Part shown: one piece after another, positions 63,210 through 64,000 of the stretch
Numbering within the stretch: the first letter of the stretch is position 1
How the letters are laid out: every line of letters starts with the position of its first letter
Source of the DNA: Vermamoeba vermiformis
Lineage: Eukaryota
Length of the DNA stretch: 64,000 nt
Assembly (NCBI GenBank): GCA_045837725.1
Contig: JBEWZL010000200.1
Span: 186,001-250,000 of the forward strand
Direction of reading: 5' to 3'
Made by a program: the position numbers and the translations under genes
The notes under the pieces: model-generated
Seen by the model: only the letters and a program-made list of their open reading frames with translations
Told to the model about the DNA's origin: nothing
Databases searched by the model: none

Positions 63210-64000
63210 ATGGAAAGTGTAAGTATTTAATTTTAACTTACTAAATAAACAATTTTTTGGTTAAACCTTGTTATCTAGAGTTTTAGTGTCAAGGTATTGT
63301 CCGGTCCGGATATAGATGTCATACAATACTGCCACGACTATCTTGATATTTTGGGCAATTTAAACGATAGAAAAAATTTAATAATTCAAGAGGAACAAGA
63401 GTTCATAAACTCCGAGCAAAAAAGAACTAAATTCAGCGATCCATTCTTGGCTTTCAAGCAAGCCAGTGTTACACTAAAGTGGAATGAAGTTATTGAGCAG
63501 TTCAAGCAGCTTTTAATAAGCACGGAAGAACTTACGGAAACCAAAAGAGCTGCTCAATTACGAGAATATCTTTTCAACAAAGCTGCGAACAACGAACCAA
63601 CTGACGCTAAAATTGTTCTGGATGGATTAGTTGCATTTTATTCCTCAACAAGAGGGAATTTACTAAAAATGCAGGATTATTTTGATAGTCACGCATGCTG
63701 TTATGGTGCTTTGATGTTGATTCCTGGCAACAAAGCAGCCTGCGACTACATTGTAAAGCCAGAACGAGTTGATCAAGTCCTCGGAGGACTCGTGGCACGG
63801 ACAACCTCATTTGCGAAGTGACGACTCCCGAGTAGGCTTGTGCCCATATTGTCTAGAGTCACTGTTAAAGATGCGAATTGGCTCTTACAAAGCATTTATA
63901 TCGAAGATTAGAAACACATTGGCCAACAACAAAAACTCTCCATACGCCAAGGCAGCAGAAGAAAAAGAAAAGAAACTGACAGAGGAATTAAACTATCTAC
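63210..64000 (+). CDS. Hypothetical helical protein, probably 3' partial
   Basis: ATG-GAA-AGT-gtaagt micro first exon, then 174-aa ORF. Confidence 0.45.

Overview
Gene-dense eukaryotic genomic DNA, not prokaryotic. It holds about 29 protein-coding genes broken by many short GT-AG introns, with very short intergenic spacers. Gene content (acyloxyacyl hydrolase, S53 sedolisin, Zn2Cys6 factor, receptor TKL kinase, twinfilin, Cdc123-like ATP-grasp) suggests an amoebozoan-type protist; this is an inference. Gene boundaries were spliced by eye and are approximate. Highlights: (1) an intact 5S rRNA gene inside an intron of a cellular RNA-dependent RNA polymerase gene, directly preceded by a degenerate inverted copy of its own 5' half, so the RdRP pre-mRNA can fold into a ~130-nt bulged hairpin; (2) a canonical U12-type AT-AC intron in twinfilin; (3) the palindrome TGACACGTGTCA at least 7 times, 6 of them in introns of five unrelated genes; (4) a TEP1-like DUF4062-NACHT-WD40 protein with an N-terminal BRCT instead of TROVE; (5) several intron-containing genes resembling mainly bacterial families (DUF2278/YukJ, tandem PsbP/DcrB-like, a WWPH membrane protein).
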